This document shows, one piece after another, positions 23,469 to 32,448 of a DNA stretch of 33,917 bases. The DNA is taken from positions 1 to 33,917 of the forward strand of contig JAPWVC010000001.1 in NCBI GenBank assembly GCA_028275195.1, given 5' to 3'. This DNA comes from Candidatus Acetothermia bacterium (GTDB lineage: Bacteria; Bipolaricaulota; Bipolaricaulia; RBG-16-55-9; JANLFV01). Within the stretch, counting starts at the first letter, position 1. Every line of letters starts with the position of its first letter. A program made the position numbers and the translations under genes. The notes beneath the pieces were generated by a model. That model had not been told where the DNA came from. It ran no database searches and saw only the letters and a list, made by a program, of their open reading frames with translations.

Positions 23469-25268
23469 ATGGCCACAAAAGAGGAGCTGAGGCTCATTCG
23501 TGAGCGGGCCGATATGGCCGGGCTCCTCTCCCGCTACCTCACCCTCAAGCGGAGCGGGAAGAACTACACCGCGATCTGCCCCTTCCACCCCGACAAGCGC
23601 CCGAGCCTGGTCATCGACCCGGAGAGGAAGCTCTTCCACTGCTTCGGCTGCGGCGAGGGCGGGGACATCTTCAAGTTCCTGATGAAGATCGAGCGGCTCT
23701 CCTTCCAGGAGGCGGTCGAGCGGCTGGCTCAGGAGACGGGGGTCGAGCTCGCCCGCCCGGGCCGAGCGGCCCGCCTCCTAGCCCGGCTCTATGAGCTGAA
23801 CGAGCGGGCGGCCGCGCACTTCGAGTGGAACCTCCAGGGGGAGGCCGGGGCCGCGGCCAGGGCCTATCTCCGGGAGAGAGGGATCGCTCCGGAGACGGCC
23901 AAGGCCTTCCGCTTGGGGTATGCCCTCCCCGGCTGGGACGGCCTCTTGCGGCGACTGGCCCGGACGGAAGAGGAGGCCGGCCTCCTGGCCCAGTTGGGGC
24001 TCCTCGTCCGGCGGGAGAGGGGCGGCTACTTCGACCGGTTCCGGGACCGGCTGATCTTCCCCTTGTGTGACCCCCAGGGGCGGGTGATCGGGTTCGCCGG
24101 AAGGGTGCTGCGCGAGCGAGAGGAGGAGCAGGAGCCGAAATACCTGAACATCCCGAATACCCCGCTCTTCACCAAGGGGGCGACGGTCTACGCCCTCCAG
24201 CTCGCCCGCCAGGGGAACCCCAAGGAGTTCATCCTCGTCGAGGGCTACATGGACGCGATCACCCTCCACCAGGCGGGGTTCACCAACGCGGTCGCGACGA
24301 TGGGGACGGCCCTCACTCCCTCCCAGGCCCAGCTCCTCCGCCGCTATGTCGAGCGAGTGGTCCTGGCCTATGACCGGGATGTGGCGGGCGAGGCCGCGAC
24401 CCTCCGGGGGATGAGGGCCCTGAGGAACGCCGGGCTCGAGGTCCAGGTGGCCCTCCTCCCCAGCGGAGAGGACCCCGACAGCCTCGTCCGGAATGGGGGA
24501 AGAGAGGCCTTCCGGGCCGTGCTGGAGGGGGCCCTCCCGTTCCATAAGTTCTACATCGCTCATCTGGTCGGGCAGGCCGGCCCCGAGCCCGAGCGCGACC
24601 CCCTCAAGGTCGAGCAGCTCCTCGCCGAGGCGGGGAGCTTCATCGCGGGGATCAGCTCCAGGCCCCTCCGGCACGAGCTGATCCGCGGCCTAGCGGAGGG
24701 GTTCGGCCTCTCCGAGGAGGAGGTCGAGCTGGAGATGGCCCGCCGGGCCCAGCAATGGCCGCGAAGGGAGGAGATGCCGGAGGAGACGGGCCTCCGGGAG
24801 CCTCGAGACCGGGACCACGAGCGCATCCCCTGGGGACCGGAAGAGCACCTCCTCTACTTCCTCCTCCAGGGGGACCTCTCGCTCGAGGAGGCGAAGCGGG
24901 AATTGACGGTCCAGGATTTCCCCCGTTACGGCCGGATCATCTCAGTCCTCTTCTCCCGGGGCTTGGAAGAGGGGCAGATCGAGCCGGAGGAATTGCTGGC
25001 GGAACTAGAGGAGCCGGACCAGCGGGTAGTGACCGGGCTCCTCCTCTCCCCGGTCGAGTTCACCGACCGGGCTAAGGCGGCTCAGGACGCGCTCCGAGCC
25101 CTCAAGCTCGCGCGGCTAGAGCGGGAGCTCAAGGAGCTGAAGCGCCGGCTGGCCGAGGCGGAGGACCGGGGCGAGCGGGAGGCGGCTGAGCGCCTCCTCC
25201 AGGAGCAGAGAGAGCGGCAGAAGGCCCTGCGATTGATCCGTAGGCAGGGGCTTCTCGGGATGGGCTAG
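23469..25268 (+). CDS. dnaG: DNA primase
   Basis: CPFHPDKRPSLVIDPERKLFHCFGCGEGGD is the zinc finger. FRDRLIFPL and PKYLNIPNTPLF are also present. ILVEGYMDAITLHQAGF and LAYDRDVAGEAA form the TOPRIM domain. I placed the true start at the ATG at 23469; the longer ORF from 23127 overlaps the MBL gene. Confidence 0.92.
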   Translation: MATKEELRLIRERADMAGLLSRYLTLKRSGKNYTAICPFHPDKRPSLVIDPERKLFHCFGCGEGGDIFKFLMKIERLSFQEAVERLAQETGVELARPGRAARLLARLYELNERAAAHFEWNLQGEAGAAARAYLRERGIAPETAKAFRLGYALPGWDGLLRRLARTEEEAGLLAQLGLLVRRERGGYFDRFRDRLIFPLCDPQGRVIGFAGRVLREREEEQEPKYLNIPNTPLFTKGATVYALQLARQGNPKEFILVEGYMDAITLHQAGFTNAVATMGTALTPSQAQLLRRYVERVVLAYDRDVAGEAATLRGMRALRNAGLEVQVALLPSGEDPDSLVRNGGREAFRAVLEGALPFHKFYIAHLVGQAGPEPERDPLKVEQLLAEAGSFIAGISSRPLRHELIRGLAEGFGLSEEEVELEMARRAQQWPRREEMPEETGLREPRDRDHERIPWGPEEHLLYFLLQGDLSLEEAKRELTVQDFPRYGRIISVLFSRGLEEGQIEPEELLAELEEPDQRVVTGLLLSPVEFTDRAKAAQDALRALKLARLERELKELKRRLAEAEDRGEREAAERLLQEQRERQKALRLIRRQGLLGMG

Positions 25269-25283
25269 CAGCGAGGAGATGAA

Positions 25284-26345
25284 ATGACCATGGAGGAGCA
25301 GGAGCTACAACCGGAGTTGGACCCAGAGGCGCACCTCTCGGAACCCGATGAGGGCGACCAAGACCAAGAGCAAGAGCAGGAGGTCTACTACATCCCGGAG
25401 TTCCTCGAGGTCGAGCTCGAGCTGGGGGTGGGAGAGGAAGCGGGCCTCCCGGAAGAGGTCGAGGAGCTCGAGGAGGAGCGCCTCCGGGACCTCGGGACCA
25501 GCGCGGGTGACCCGGTGAAACTCTACCTCCAGGACATCGGGAAGATCCCGCTCCTCACCCGCGAGGAAGAGGTGGCCCTGGCCCAGGCGATCGAGCGAGG
25601 GGACCGTGAGGCCAGGGAGAAGCTGATCCTCTCCAACCTGAGGTTGGTCGTCTCGATCGCCAAGCGCTACATCGGCCGGGGGCTCTCCTTCCTCGACCTG
25701 ATCCAAGAGGGGAACATCGGACTGATGCGGGCGGTGGAGAAGTTTGACTGGACCAAGGGCTACAAGTTCTCGACCTACGCCACCTGGTGGATCCGGCAGG
25801 CGATCACCCGTGCGATCGCCGACCAGTCGAGGATCATCCGGATCCCGGTCCACATGATCGAGACGGTGAGAGAACTCGACCGGGTGAAGAAGGAGCATGT
25901 CCAGGAGCACGGTGAGATCCCGGACCTCCTCAAGCTCGCGGAGGAGCTGGGGATGCCGGTGGAGAAGCTCAAGCGGGTCGAGAATGTGGCCCAATACACC
26001 ACCTCCTTGGAGAGGCCGATCGGGGAGGACGAGGAGGACACCCTCGGGGACTTCATCGAGGACGAGAAGGCCCCCTCCCCGCTCAAGGAGACCCTCAGGC
26101 TCTTCCTGGCCGAGGAGCTCGAGCGGGCCCTGGCCCAGCTAGAGGAGCGAGAGAAGGAGATACTCAAATTGAGATACGGCCTGGAGGATGGCCACCCCCG
26201 CACCCTTAAGGATGTCGCAAGGGTCTTCAACATCACCCGCGAGCGGGTGAGGCAGATCGAGATCAAGGCCCTGGAGAAGCTCAAGCACCCCAGCCGGAAG
26301 CAGGAGCTGAAGAAGTTCCGAGAGCTCCTGATGAATGAGGAGTGA
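25284..26345 (+). CDS. rpoD: Primary-type RNA polymerase sigma factor (sigma-70 family)
   Basis: An acidic region 1.1 precedes [71 protein letters not shown] and [20 protein letters not shown]. It sits directly downstream of dnaG, the usual macromolecular-synthesis operon order. Confidence 0.92.
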   Translation: MTMEEQELQPELDPEAHLSEPDEGDQDQEQEQEVYYIPEFLEVELELGVGEEAGLPEEVEELEEERLRDLGTSAGDPVKLYLQDIGKIPLLTREEEVALAQAIERGDREAREKLILSNLRLVVSIAKRYIGRGLSFLDLIQEGNIGLMRAVEKFDWTKGYKFSTYATWWIRQAITRAIADQSRIIRIPVHMIETVRELDRVKKEHVQEHGEIPDLLKLAEELGMPVEKLKRVENVAQYTTSLERPIGEDEEDTLGDFIEDEKAPSPLKETLRLFLAEELERALAQLEEREKEILKLRYGLEDGHPRTLKDVARVFNITRERVRQIEIKALEKLKHPSRKQELKKFRELLMNEE

Positions 26346-27324
26346 CGGAAGCTCCAGGTCCGAGGCTAAGGCCCGGGCTCGGGCTCAGAATCGGAGCTGG
26401 GGGCCCGCGGGCCTGGAACCGGTTATCATCCTCGGCCCGACGGGTGTGGGGAAGACCGCCGTGGCCGTGGAGCTCGCAAGGAGGCTGAGGGGCGAGATCA
26501 TCTCCGCGGACTCTAGGGGCTTCTATCGGGGATTAGAGGTGGGGACGGCCAAGCCCACCCCCGAGCAACGCCGCCTAGTCCCCCACCACTTGCTCGACAT
26601 CCGCTCGCCTGAGGAGCGCTACGATGTCGCGGAGTTCCGAAAGGATGCGGCCCGGCTGATCGGGGAGATCCAAGGCCGGGGGAGGCTCCCGATCGTAGTC
26701 GGCGGGAGCACGCTCTACATCCAGGCCCTGGTGGGAGGGCTCTTCCCCGGCCCGAAGGCCGAGCCCTCCCTCAGGCGGAGGCTCCTCGCCCGGCCCTTGG
26801 AGGAGCTATATATAAGGTTAAAGGAGGTCGATCCCCGGGCGGCCCTCCGGATCAAACCCCAAGACCGCCAGAGGCTCGTCCGGGCCCTGGAAGTCTATGA
26901 GCTGACCGGCCGGCCGATCAGCGAGCTCCAGGAGGAGTCCGAGCCCTTCCCCTACCGCTTCCTCAAGTTCGGGCTGACGATGGACCGCAAGAGCCTCTAC
27001 AAGCGGCTCGATGAGCGGGTCGAGGAGATGCTCTCCCGGGGCTTAATTGAAGAGGCGAGGCAGCTTAAGGCTCGGCTCACCCCGGAGATGCCGGCCTACC
27101 GCACGATCGGGTATGAGGAGGCCTTCGCCTACCTCGAGGGGCGGCGGACGCTAGAGGAGACGGTCGCCCTGATCAAGCGGAATACCAGGAGGCTGGCGAA
27201 GCGCCAGCTCACCTTCTTCCGGAGGATCCCCGATGTCCATTGGCTCGATGTCACCGGGAAGGCCGCGGCCGAGGTGGCCGAGGAGATCATCGCGCTGTTG
27301 CCCCTCTCCTCCGCCTCTCCCTAA
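26335..27324 (+). CDS. miaA: tRNA dimethylallyltransferase
   Basis: [57 protein letters not shown] and [13 protein letters not shown]. It carries a basic N-terminal leader of about 29 aa and overlaps rpoD by 11 nt. Confidence 0.9.
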   Translation: MRSDGSSRSEAKARARAQNRSWGPAGLEPVIILGPTGVGKTAVAVELARRLRGEIISADSRGFYRGLEVGTAKPTPEQRRLVPHHLLDIRSPEERYDVAEFRKDAARLIGEIQGRGRLPIVVGGSTLYIQALVGGLFPGPKAEPSLRRRLLARPLEELYIRLKEVDPRAALRIKPQDRQRLVRALEVYELTGRPISELQEESEPFPYRFLKFGLTMDRKSLYKRLDERVEEMLSRGLIEEARQLKARLTPEMPAYRTIGYEEAFAYLEGRRTLEETVALIKRNTRRLAKRQLTFFRRIPDVHWLDVTGKAAAEVAEEIIALLPLSSASP

Positions 27325-27343
27325 ACGGACGGGAAGGATAGGG

Positions 27344-28731
27344 CTAATAAGGCGTCACATTCAGCAAGAGCGTGAGGGTGTCCTCTTCCTGGTTTGTGGT
27401 CAAAAGGTCGAGCCGGCCGTCGTCGTTCACATCGATAGCGAGAATGGAGGTCGGCCCCCGCCCGACATCGAGCTCGAGCGGCGGGAGCGGCTCGAAGGTC
27501 CCATCCCCTCTCCCGAGGAGGAGGAAGATCCGATTGCCCGCGTGGTCGGCCAGGGCCAGGTCTATCTTCCCGTCCCCATCGAGCTCCAGTAAAGTTAAGG
27601 CGCTCGGGGAGCCCCGGCCCGCGAGGGGCAACTCCACTGGGACCGCCGGCCGGAAGGTCCTTTCCCCCTCGCCGAAGCCGAGGAGGAGGGCCAGCCCGCC
27701 CTCCTTTGCGACGACCAGGTCAGCCTTCCCGTCGCCATTCAGCTCAGCCTGCCGGACGAGCGTAGGCCCCTCCCCGGGCCCGAGGGGGAAGAGGAACCGC
27801 CGAGGGAAGTCCCGTTCCCCGCTCCCGAGGAAGATCGCCAAGTTCCCGCTGTCCTTCGCGACGGCCGCGAGGTCGGGGAGCCCGTCCCGGTCGAAGTCCC
27901 CAAAGGTCAGGGATTTTAGGTTCGCCAGCCGCTCGTCCTTCAGCCGGTTCCCCGGGGTGAAGCTCCCGTCACCATTGCCCCAGAGCAAAGAGATGTCGTC
28001 GCAGAAGTCGTTCACCACCGCTAGATCGAGGCTCCCGTCCCGGTCGAGGTCCACGACCACCAGCGAGATCGGGGCCGTCCCGACCGCCTGCTCCCGGAAG
28101 CGCTTGAAGCTCCCATCCCCAGGAGGATCGAGACCGTGCTGGCGATCAGGTTGGCCACGGCCAAATCGAGGAGGCCGTCCTTGTCCAAGTCCGCGGCCTC
28201 GAGGTAGATCGGCCCGTCCCCCAGCTTCATCGAGGAGGCCGCGAAGCTGCCGTCCCCCCTCCCGAGGAGGATCGTGGCCTCGTCCCCGAACTGGTCGGCA
28301 ATGAAGAGGTCCTGATTCCCATCGCCGTTGAAGTCCGCGGCCGCACCGGAGGTGGGGCCATCGCCCACGGGGATGGTCATGCGGGTGAAGGCGAAATTCC
28401 TGATGATGAGCGAATCCTTCCCCTGCTTCCCGGAGTTGTCCTCGACCGTGAGGGTCACGCTATAGAACCCCGCCCCGGTGTAGGTATGGCTCACCTTCGG
28501 GCCGGTGGCCCTCTCCCCGTCCCCGAAGTCCCACTTATAAGCGGTGATCGAGCCGTCAGGGTCGGAGGAAGAGGTCCCATCGAACTGGACCGTCAGCGGC
28601 GGCTTCCCCACCGTCGGCGTGGCCCGGATGATCGCCACTGGCGACTGGCTGAAGAGGAGGTCGCAGCCGCTTAACCCCAAGCCGAGCAGCCCTAGCAAGA
28701 TCAGGATCATTAGGCCCTTTGCTCTGTCCAT
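27344..28731 (-). pseudogene. Frame-disrupted lipoprotein gene: signal peptide/lipobox, PKD domain and seven FG-GAP (DxDxDG) repeats, split at a G4 run (plus-strand C-run 28117-28120)
   Basis: The upstream ORF (28731 down to about 28119) encodes MDRAKGLMILILLGLLGLGLSGC, a PKD domain (PLTVQFDGTSSSDPDGSITAYKWDFGDG...YSVTLTVEDNSG) and 2 FG-GAP repeats. After ...SILLG it runs into Ser/Arg/Trp nonsense. The -1 frame continues GDGSFKRFREQAVGTAPISLVVVDLDRDGSLDLAVVN and 5 more repeats, down to the stop at 27344. Confidence 0.75.
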
Positions 28732-28755
28732 CTCTGCCTCCTGGAATGCCAAGCC

Positions 28756-28764
28756 ATTATAGCA
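28756..28764 (-). promoter_or_regulatory. Extended -10 element TGcTATAAT (minus strand) for the PKD/FG-GAP lipoprotein gene
   Basis: Minus strand reads gcttgTGcTATAATggcttggcattccAGGAGGcagagATG. Confidence 0.5.
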
Positions 28765-28870
28765 CAAGCCCCTCGCGAGTGGGAAATGCGCTGCCCTTCC
28801 TCTCCTCTAAAAGGGGGCAGGGATGAATGGGTGGGGAGGGCCTCGCTCTCGCGGCAAGGCAAGGAGGAGG

Positions 28871-28899
28871 TTGACTCCAATCCAAGCGGAGCTTACAAT
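28871..28899 (+). promoter_or_regulatory. Sigma-70 promoter TTGACT-17 nt-TACAAT for the nnr operon
   Basis: TTGACTccaatccaagcggagctTACAATcgcaatcgcccgagATG. Only 14 nt separate the -10 box from the ATG, and no Shine-Dalgarno is present. Confidence 0.6.
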
Positions 28900-28913
28900 C
28901 GCAATCGCCCGAG

Positions 28914-30452
28914 ATGAAGGTCCTCACCGGCTCGCAGATGATGGAGCTCGACCGCCGGGCCCAGGAGTTGGGGCTCGATGTCTTGGTCCTGATGGAGAAC
29001 GCCGGGCGGAGCGTGGCCCAGGCCCTGGCCGAGCGGCTCGCGCTCAAGGGGAAGAGGGTCGTGGTCCTCGCCGGGAAGGGAAATAACGGCGGGGACGGGC
29101 TGGTGGCGGCCCGCCATCTAGCGAGCTTAGGGGCTGAAGTCCGGGCCTTCATCCTGGCCGAGCGGGGGCAGCTCTCCCCTCCGGCCGAAAGGAACGCCGC
29201 GATCTTGGAGGGGGCCGGGGCCACGGTCGAGTATCTCCCCGATGAGGCGAGCCTCGCCTCCCTCGAGCCTCAGCTCGCCCGGGCGGAGGTGGTGGTCGAT
29301 GCCCTCCTCGGGCTGGGGATCTCGGGCCCGGTCCGGGGCTACTACGCCCGGGCGATCGAGCTAATCAATGCTTCCGGGGCCTTCATCGTAGCCGTGGATG
29401 TCCCCTCAGGGCTGGAGGCCGAGACCGGCCATGTCGAGGGCCCCTGCGTCCGGGCTGAGCTGACCGTGACCATGGGCCGGCCCAAGCTCGGGCTCCTCCT
29501 CTACCCCGGGCGGGAGTTCGCCGGAGAGATCGTGGTGGGAGAGGTTGGCTACCCCTGCTCGCTCATCGAGGGCTTCGACTCCAAGCTCGAGCTGATCGAC
29601 CACGAGCTGGTCCAGCGGCTCCTCCCCCGAAGACGGGCCTACAGCCACAAGGGGGATTACGGGCGGATCTTCGTCCTGGCCGGCTCGCGAGGCTACACCG
29701 GCGCGGCAGCTCTGACGGCCGAGGCGGCCTTGCGGGCCGGGGCGGGGCTGGTGACCCTCGGGATCCCCGCGAGCCTCAATCCCATCCTAGAGGAGAAGCT
29801 CACGGAGGTGATCACCCGCCCGCTCCCCGAGGCCGACGGCTCCCTGGCCTATGCGGCCTTGGAGGAGATCAAGAGGGCCTTGCAGGCCCAGGACATCTTG
29901 GCCCTCGGGCCCGGGCTGGGCCGCCACCCCGAGACGGCTCGCCTGGTGAAGGACCTGGTCCGGCAGGCGGGCCTGCCCACGGTCATCGACGCGGACGGGC
30001 TGAACAACCTGAGCGATGAGCCCGAGCTCATCAAGAAAGCCGAGGGCCCGTTGGTCCTCACCCCCCATCCGGGCGAGCTCTCCAGGCTGAATAAGAGGGC
30101 CATCGCCGAGATCGAGGCCGACCGGGTCGGAGTGGCGCGGGCCTTCGCCGCGGAATACAAGGTCGTCCTGGCGCTCAAGGGTGTCCCGACGGTCGTGGCC
30201 CTCCCCGACGGGAGGTGCTACCTCAACAGCACGGGGAACTCCGGGCTCGCCTCCGGTGGGAGCGGGGATGTCTTGACAGGGCTGATCGCCGGCTTGATGG
30301 GCCAAGGGCTCGAGCCCTGGCAGGCCGCGGTCTGCGGGGTCTTTCTCCACGGGCTGGTCGCGGACCGCCTGAAGCCCGAGACGGGCGAGCGAGGGATGAT
30401 CGCCGGGGACCTGGTGAGGAAGCTGCCTCAAGTCCTGAAGGAGTTTGAATGA
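28914..30452 (+). CDS. nnr: Bifunctional NAD(P)H-hydrate repair enzyme (epimerase plus ADP-dependent dehydratase)
   Basis: The YjeF_N half shows MENAGRSVA and GKGNNGGDGLVAARHL. The dehydratase half shows HKGDYGRIFVLAGSRGYTGAAALTAEAALRAGAGLVTL, LTPHPGE and GGSGDVLTGLIAGL. Confidence 0.92.
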   Translation: MKVLTGSQMMELDRRAQELGLDVLVLMENAGRSVAQALAERLALKGKRVVVLAGKGNNGGDGLVAARHLASLGAEVRAFILAERGQLSPPAERNAAILEGAGATVEYLPDEASLASLEPQLARAEVVVDALLGLGISGPVRGYYARAIELINASGAFIVAVDVPSGLEAETGHVEGPCVRAELTVTMGRPKLGLLLYPGREFAGEIVVGEVGYPCSLIEGFDSKLELIDHELVQRLLPRRRAYSHKGDYGRIFVLAGSRGYTGAAALTAEAALRAGAGLVTLGIPASLNPILEEKLTEVITRPLPEADGSLAYAALEEIKRALQAQDILALGPGLGRHPETARLVKDLVRQAGLPTVIDADGLNNLSDEPELIKKAEGPLVLTPHPGELSRLNKRAIAEIEADRVGVARAFAAEYKVVLALKGVPTVVALPDGRCYLNSTGNSGLASGGSGDVLTGLIAGLMGQGLEPWQAAVCGVFLHGLVADRLKPETGERGMIAGDLVRKLPQVLKEFE

Positions 30453-30637
30453 AAGGGAAGCTCTTTGCTGGATTGCTGTTGCTATTGGCCCTGGGCCTGC
30501 TCCTCCTGCTCCTCATGCTCAGCGGCTGCGACAACTGCGGGGACGACTTCTGTCCGATCCCGGGCCAAACTCAGGGGAAGGCCTCGATCTGCGTGTGCCT
30601 TGAGGCCGAGGTCCCTGGCGGTCAAGATCAGGGCTGA
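30449..30637 (+). CDS. Small Cys-rich lipoprotein (62-aa precursor, 36-aa mature)
   Basis: MKGKLFAGLLLLLALGLLLLLLMLSGC is a signal peptide with an L-S-G-C lipobox. The mature part, CDNCGDDFCPIPGQTQGKASICVCLEAEVPGGQDQG, has 4 further Cys. Third codon positions are G/C-rich, like the neighbouring genes. The ATGA overlaps the nnr stop, and its own stop lies 1 nt before the next ATG. The competing frame (30465) translates to implausible sequence. Confidence 0.6.
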   Translation: MKGKLFAGLLLLLALGLLLLLLMLSGCDNCGDDFCPIPGQTQGKASICVCLEAEVPGGQDQG

Positions 30638-30638
30638 G

Positions 30639-31547
30639 ATGGGCCGGAGAGCGAGCGCGGTCCTGGTCGGCCTGGTAGCGCTGTTGAGCCTGGCCCTGCC
30701 GGGGTGCGACCGGCTCTTCCTCAAGCCCTTGGTCGCGGACTTCTCGGCTTCCCCGACCTCGGGGAAGGCCCCCCTGGCGGTCCAGTTCGAGGACCGCTCC
30801 CAATCCGACCCGGGGAGGCCGATCACTAGCTGGGAGTGGGCCTTCGGTGACGGTGAGAGGAGCACCGCCGCAAACCCCGAGCACACCTACTCTAGCCCCG
30901 GACTCTACACTGTCAGCCTCACCATCTCCGACAGCGCGGGCCGGAAGGCCACGGCCACCAAGCAGGATTACATCTTGGTCATGGCCGGGGACGAGCCGCC
31001 CCCGCCGGCTCCGACCCCGAAGCTCCCCCCGGAGAAGGGGGATCCCCAGGCGAAGGTCACGATGATCGAGTTCAGCGACTACCTCTGTCCCTACTGCGCC
31101 AAGTTCGCCGTCCTCACCCTCCCCCAGATCGACCAGAATTATGTGAAGTCAGGGAAGGTCCGGCTCGTCTTCCGTCACCTCCCGGTCCACGGCGAGCCCG
31201 CGACGAGAGCGGCCGAGGCGGCCCTCTGTGCCCACGAGCAGGGGAAGTTCTGGGAGTATCATGACCGGCTGTTCGCCATCTCCCTGAACGAGGGCGGGAA
31301 GGCCCTCAGCCTCGAGCGGCTCAAGGCCCTGGCCGAGGAGCTCGGCCTGGCCGAGGAGCCGTTCGCCCGGTGCCTCGACTCCCACAAGTATGCCCAGGCC
31401 ATCAAGGCCGACCTCGCCGAGGCGAAGCGCCTGGGGGTCGAGGGGACTCCCACATTCTTCATCAACAGCCGGAAGATCCTCGGGGCCCAGCCCTACGAGA
31501 CCTTCCGGGAGGCGATCGAGGAGGAATTGGCCAAGAGCGATGGCTGA
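30639..31547 (+). CDS. Lipoprotein fusing an N-terminal PKD domain to a DsbA/BdbD-like thiol:disulfide oxidoreductase domain
   Basis: MGRRASAVLVGLVALLSLALPGC is the signal and Cys. The PKD domain reads PLAVQFEDRSQSDPGRPITSWEWAFGDG...YTVSLTISDSAG. A Pro-rich linker leads to KVTMIEFSDYLCPYCAKF (CPYC active site) and GVEGTPTFFIN (cis-Pro loop). I preferred the start at 30639 over the track's 30465. Confidence 0.8.
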   Translation: MGRRASAVLVGLVALLSLALPGCDRLFLKPLVADFSASPTSGKAPLAVQFEDRSQSDPGRPITSWEWAFGDGERSTAANPEHTYSSPGLYTVSLTISDSAGRKATATKQDYILVMAGDEPPPPAPTPKLPPEKGDPQAKVTMIEFSDYLCPYCAKFAVLTLPQIDQNYVKSGKVRLVFRHLPVHGEPATRAAEAALCAHEQGKFWEYHDRLFAISLNEGGKALSLERLKALAEELGLAEEPFARCLDSHKYAQAIKADLAEAKRLGVEGTPTFFINSRKILGAQPYETFREAIEEELAKSDG

Positions 31548-32316
31548 AGGGCTAGGGCTGATCGACACCCATGTCCACCTCGAGATGAGGGAGTTCGACC
31601 CCGACCGCGGGGCGGTGGTCCGGCGGGCGAAGGGGTCAGGGATCGGGATCATCACCGTGGGGATCGACCTGGATTCGAGCGCCCGTGCGGTCGAACTGGC
31701 CGAGGAATTCGGGCTCTACGCGGCCGTAGGGGTCCACCCCCACGAGGCCAAGCGCTATACTCCCGACTTGGAGAAGGCCCTCGCCAGGCTAGAGGAGCTG
31801 GCAAGAGCCGAGAGGGTCGTGGCCCTCGGTGAGATCGGCCTGGACTACTACCGGAACTACAGCCCGCGGGAGGATCAGTTGAGGGTCTTCCATGCCCAGC
31901 TCGAGCTGGCAGCCGGACTTGACAAGCCGGTGATCGTCCACGACCGCCAGGCGGACGAGGATATCCTGGCCGGGCTCGGAAGGGCCGGGGTCCGCGGGGT
32001 GGTCCACAGCTTCTCCAGCGGCCTGGAGGTGGCCCAGGGGCTCCTCGGGCTCGGCCTTTATCTTGGGTTCAGCGGGCCGGTCACCTTCCCCAAGGCCCGC
32101 CAGCAGTATGTCCTGAAGCATGTCCCGCTCGAGCGGCTGCTGCTGGAGACCGATGCCCCCTTCCTGACGCCCTTGCCCCATCGCGGGAAGAGGAATGAGC
32201 CCTCCTACCTCCGCTACATCGCCCGAGCGGTGGCCAAGCTCACGGGACTGGCCCTGGAGAAGGTGGCAGAGCAGACCACCCGGAACGCCGCGGCGCTCTT
32301 CGCCCTCCCCTCCTAA
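31540..32316 (+). CDS. tatD: TatD family metal-dependent hydrolase/DNase
   Basis: LIDTHVHLE, GVHPHEA, ALGEIGLDYY, Q..VF..QLELA, KPVIVHDR.A, VVHSFSG and ETDAPFLTP. The ATG at 31540 overlaps the preceding stop by 8 nt. Confidence 0.9.
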   Translation: MAEGLGLIDTHVHLEMREFDPDRGAVVRRAKGSGIGIITVGIDLDSSARAVELAEEFGLYAAVGVHPHEAKRYTPDLEKALARLEELARAERVVALGEIGLDYYRNYSPREDQLRVFHAQLELAAGLDKPVIVHDRQADEDILAGLGRAGVRGVVHSFSSGLEVAQGLLGLGLYLGFSGPVTFPKARQQYVLKHVPLERLLLETDAPFLTPLPHRGKRNEPSYLRYIARAVAKLTGLALEKVAEQTTRNAAALFALPS

Positions 32317-32319
32317 GAG

Positions 32320-32439
32320 ATGATTGCCCTGACCGTCCTAGAAGCGCTCTTCCTCGGCCTCCTAGCCCTCGCGCTCTATGAGCTGGTCCTGCTTGAGGGG
32401 GAGCGAGCGGCTTTGCGCTCAAGTTCCTCTTCCGGTTAA
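32320..32439 (+). CDS. Possible 39-aa single-span hydrophobic peptide (speculative)
   Basis: MIALTVLEALFLGLLALALYELVLLEGERAALRSSSSSG. The ATG lies 3 nt after the tatD stop. Third positions are G/C-rich over the hydrophobic part. It is too short to appear in the ORF track, and no convincing Shine-Dalgarno is present. Confidence 0.25.
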   Translation: MIALTVLEALFLGLLALALYELVLLEGERAALRSSSSSG

Positions 32440-32442
32440 GAT
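32437..32442 (+). promoter_or_regulatory. -10-like hexamer TAAGAT, 6 nt upstream of the nfo ATG
   Basis: ggtTAAGATtgttgaATGgcc, with no Shine-Dalgarno in between. Confidence 0.4.
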
Positions 32443-32448
32443 TGTTGA

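Noticed and set aside
26800-26835. AT-rich tatataaggttaaaggagg inside miaA, resembling a promoter plus Shine-Dalgarno.
   Set aside because: It lies in frame within conserved MiaA coding sequence ([10 protein letters not shown]), and no start codon or ORF follows the SD-like motif.
30465-30638. Track start for the PKD-DsbA ORF (MLDCCCYWPWACSSCSSCS...).
   Set aside because: The translation is implausible and the segment is better explained by the small lipoprotein ORF in another frame. The internal ATG at 30639 gives a proper signal peptide and Cys.
31390-31539. Longer tatD start (MPRPSRPTSPRRSAWGS...).
   Set aside because: This is an off-frame Pro/Ser/Arg-rich translation overlapping the DsbA-domain coding region. 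TatD homology (IDTHVHL) begins right after the ATG at 31540.
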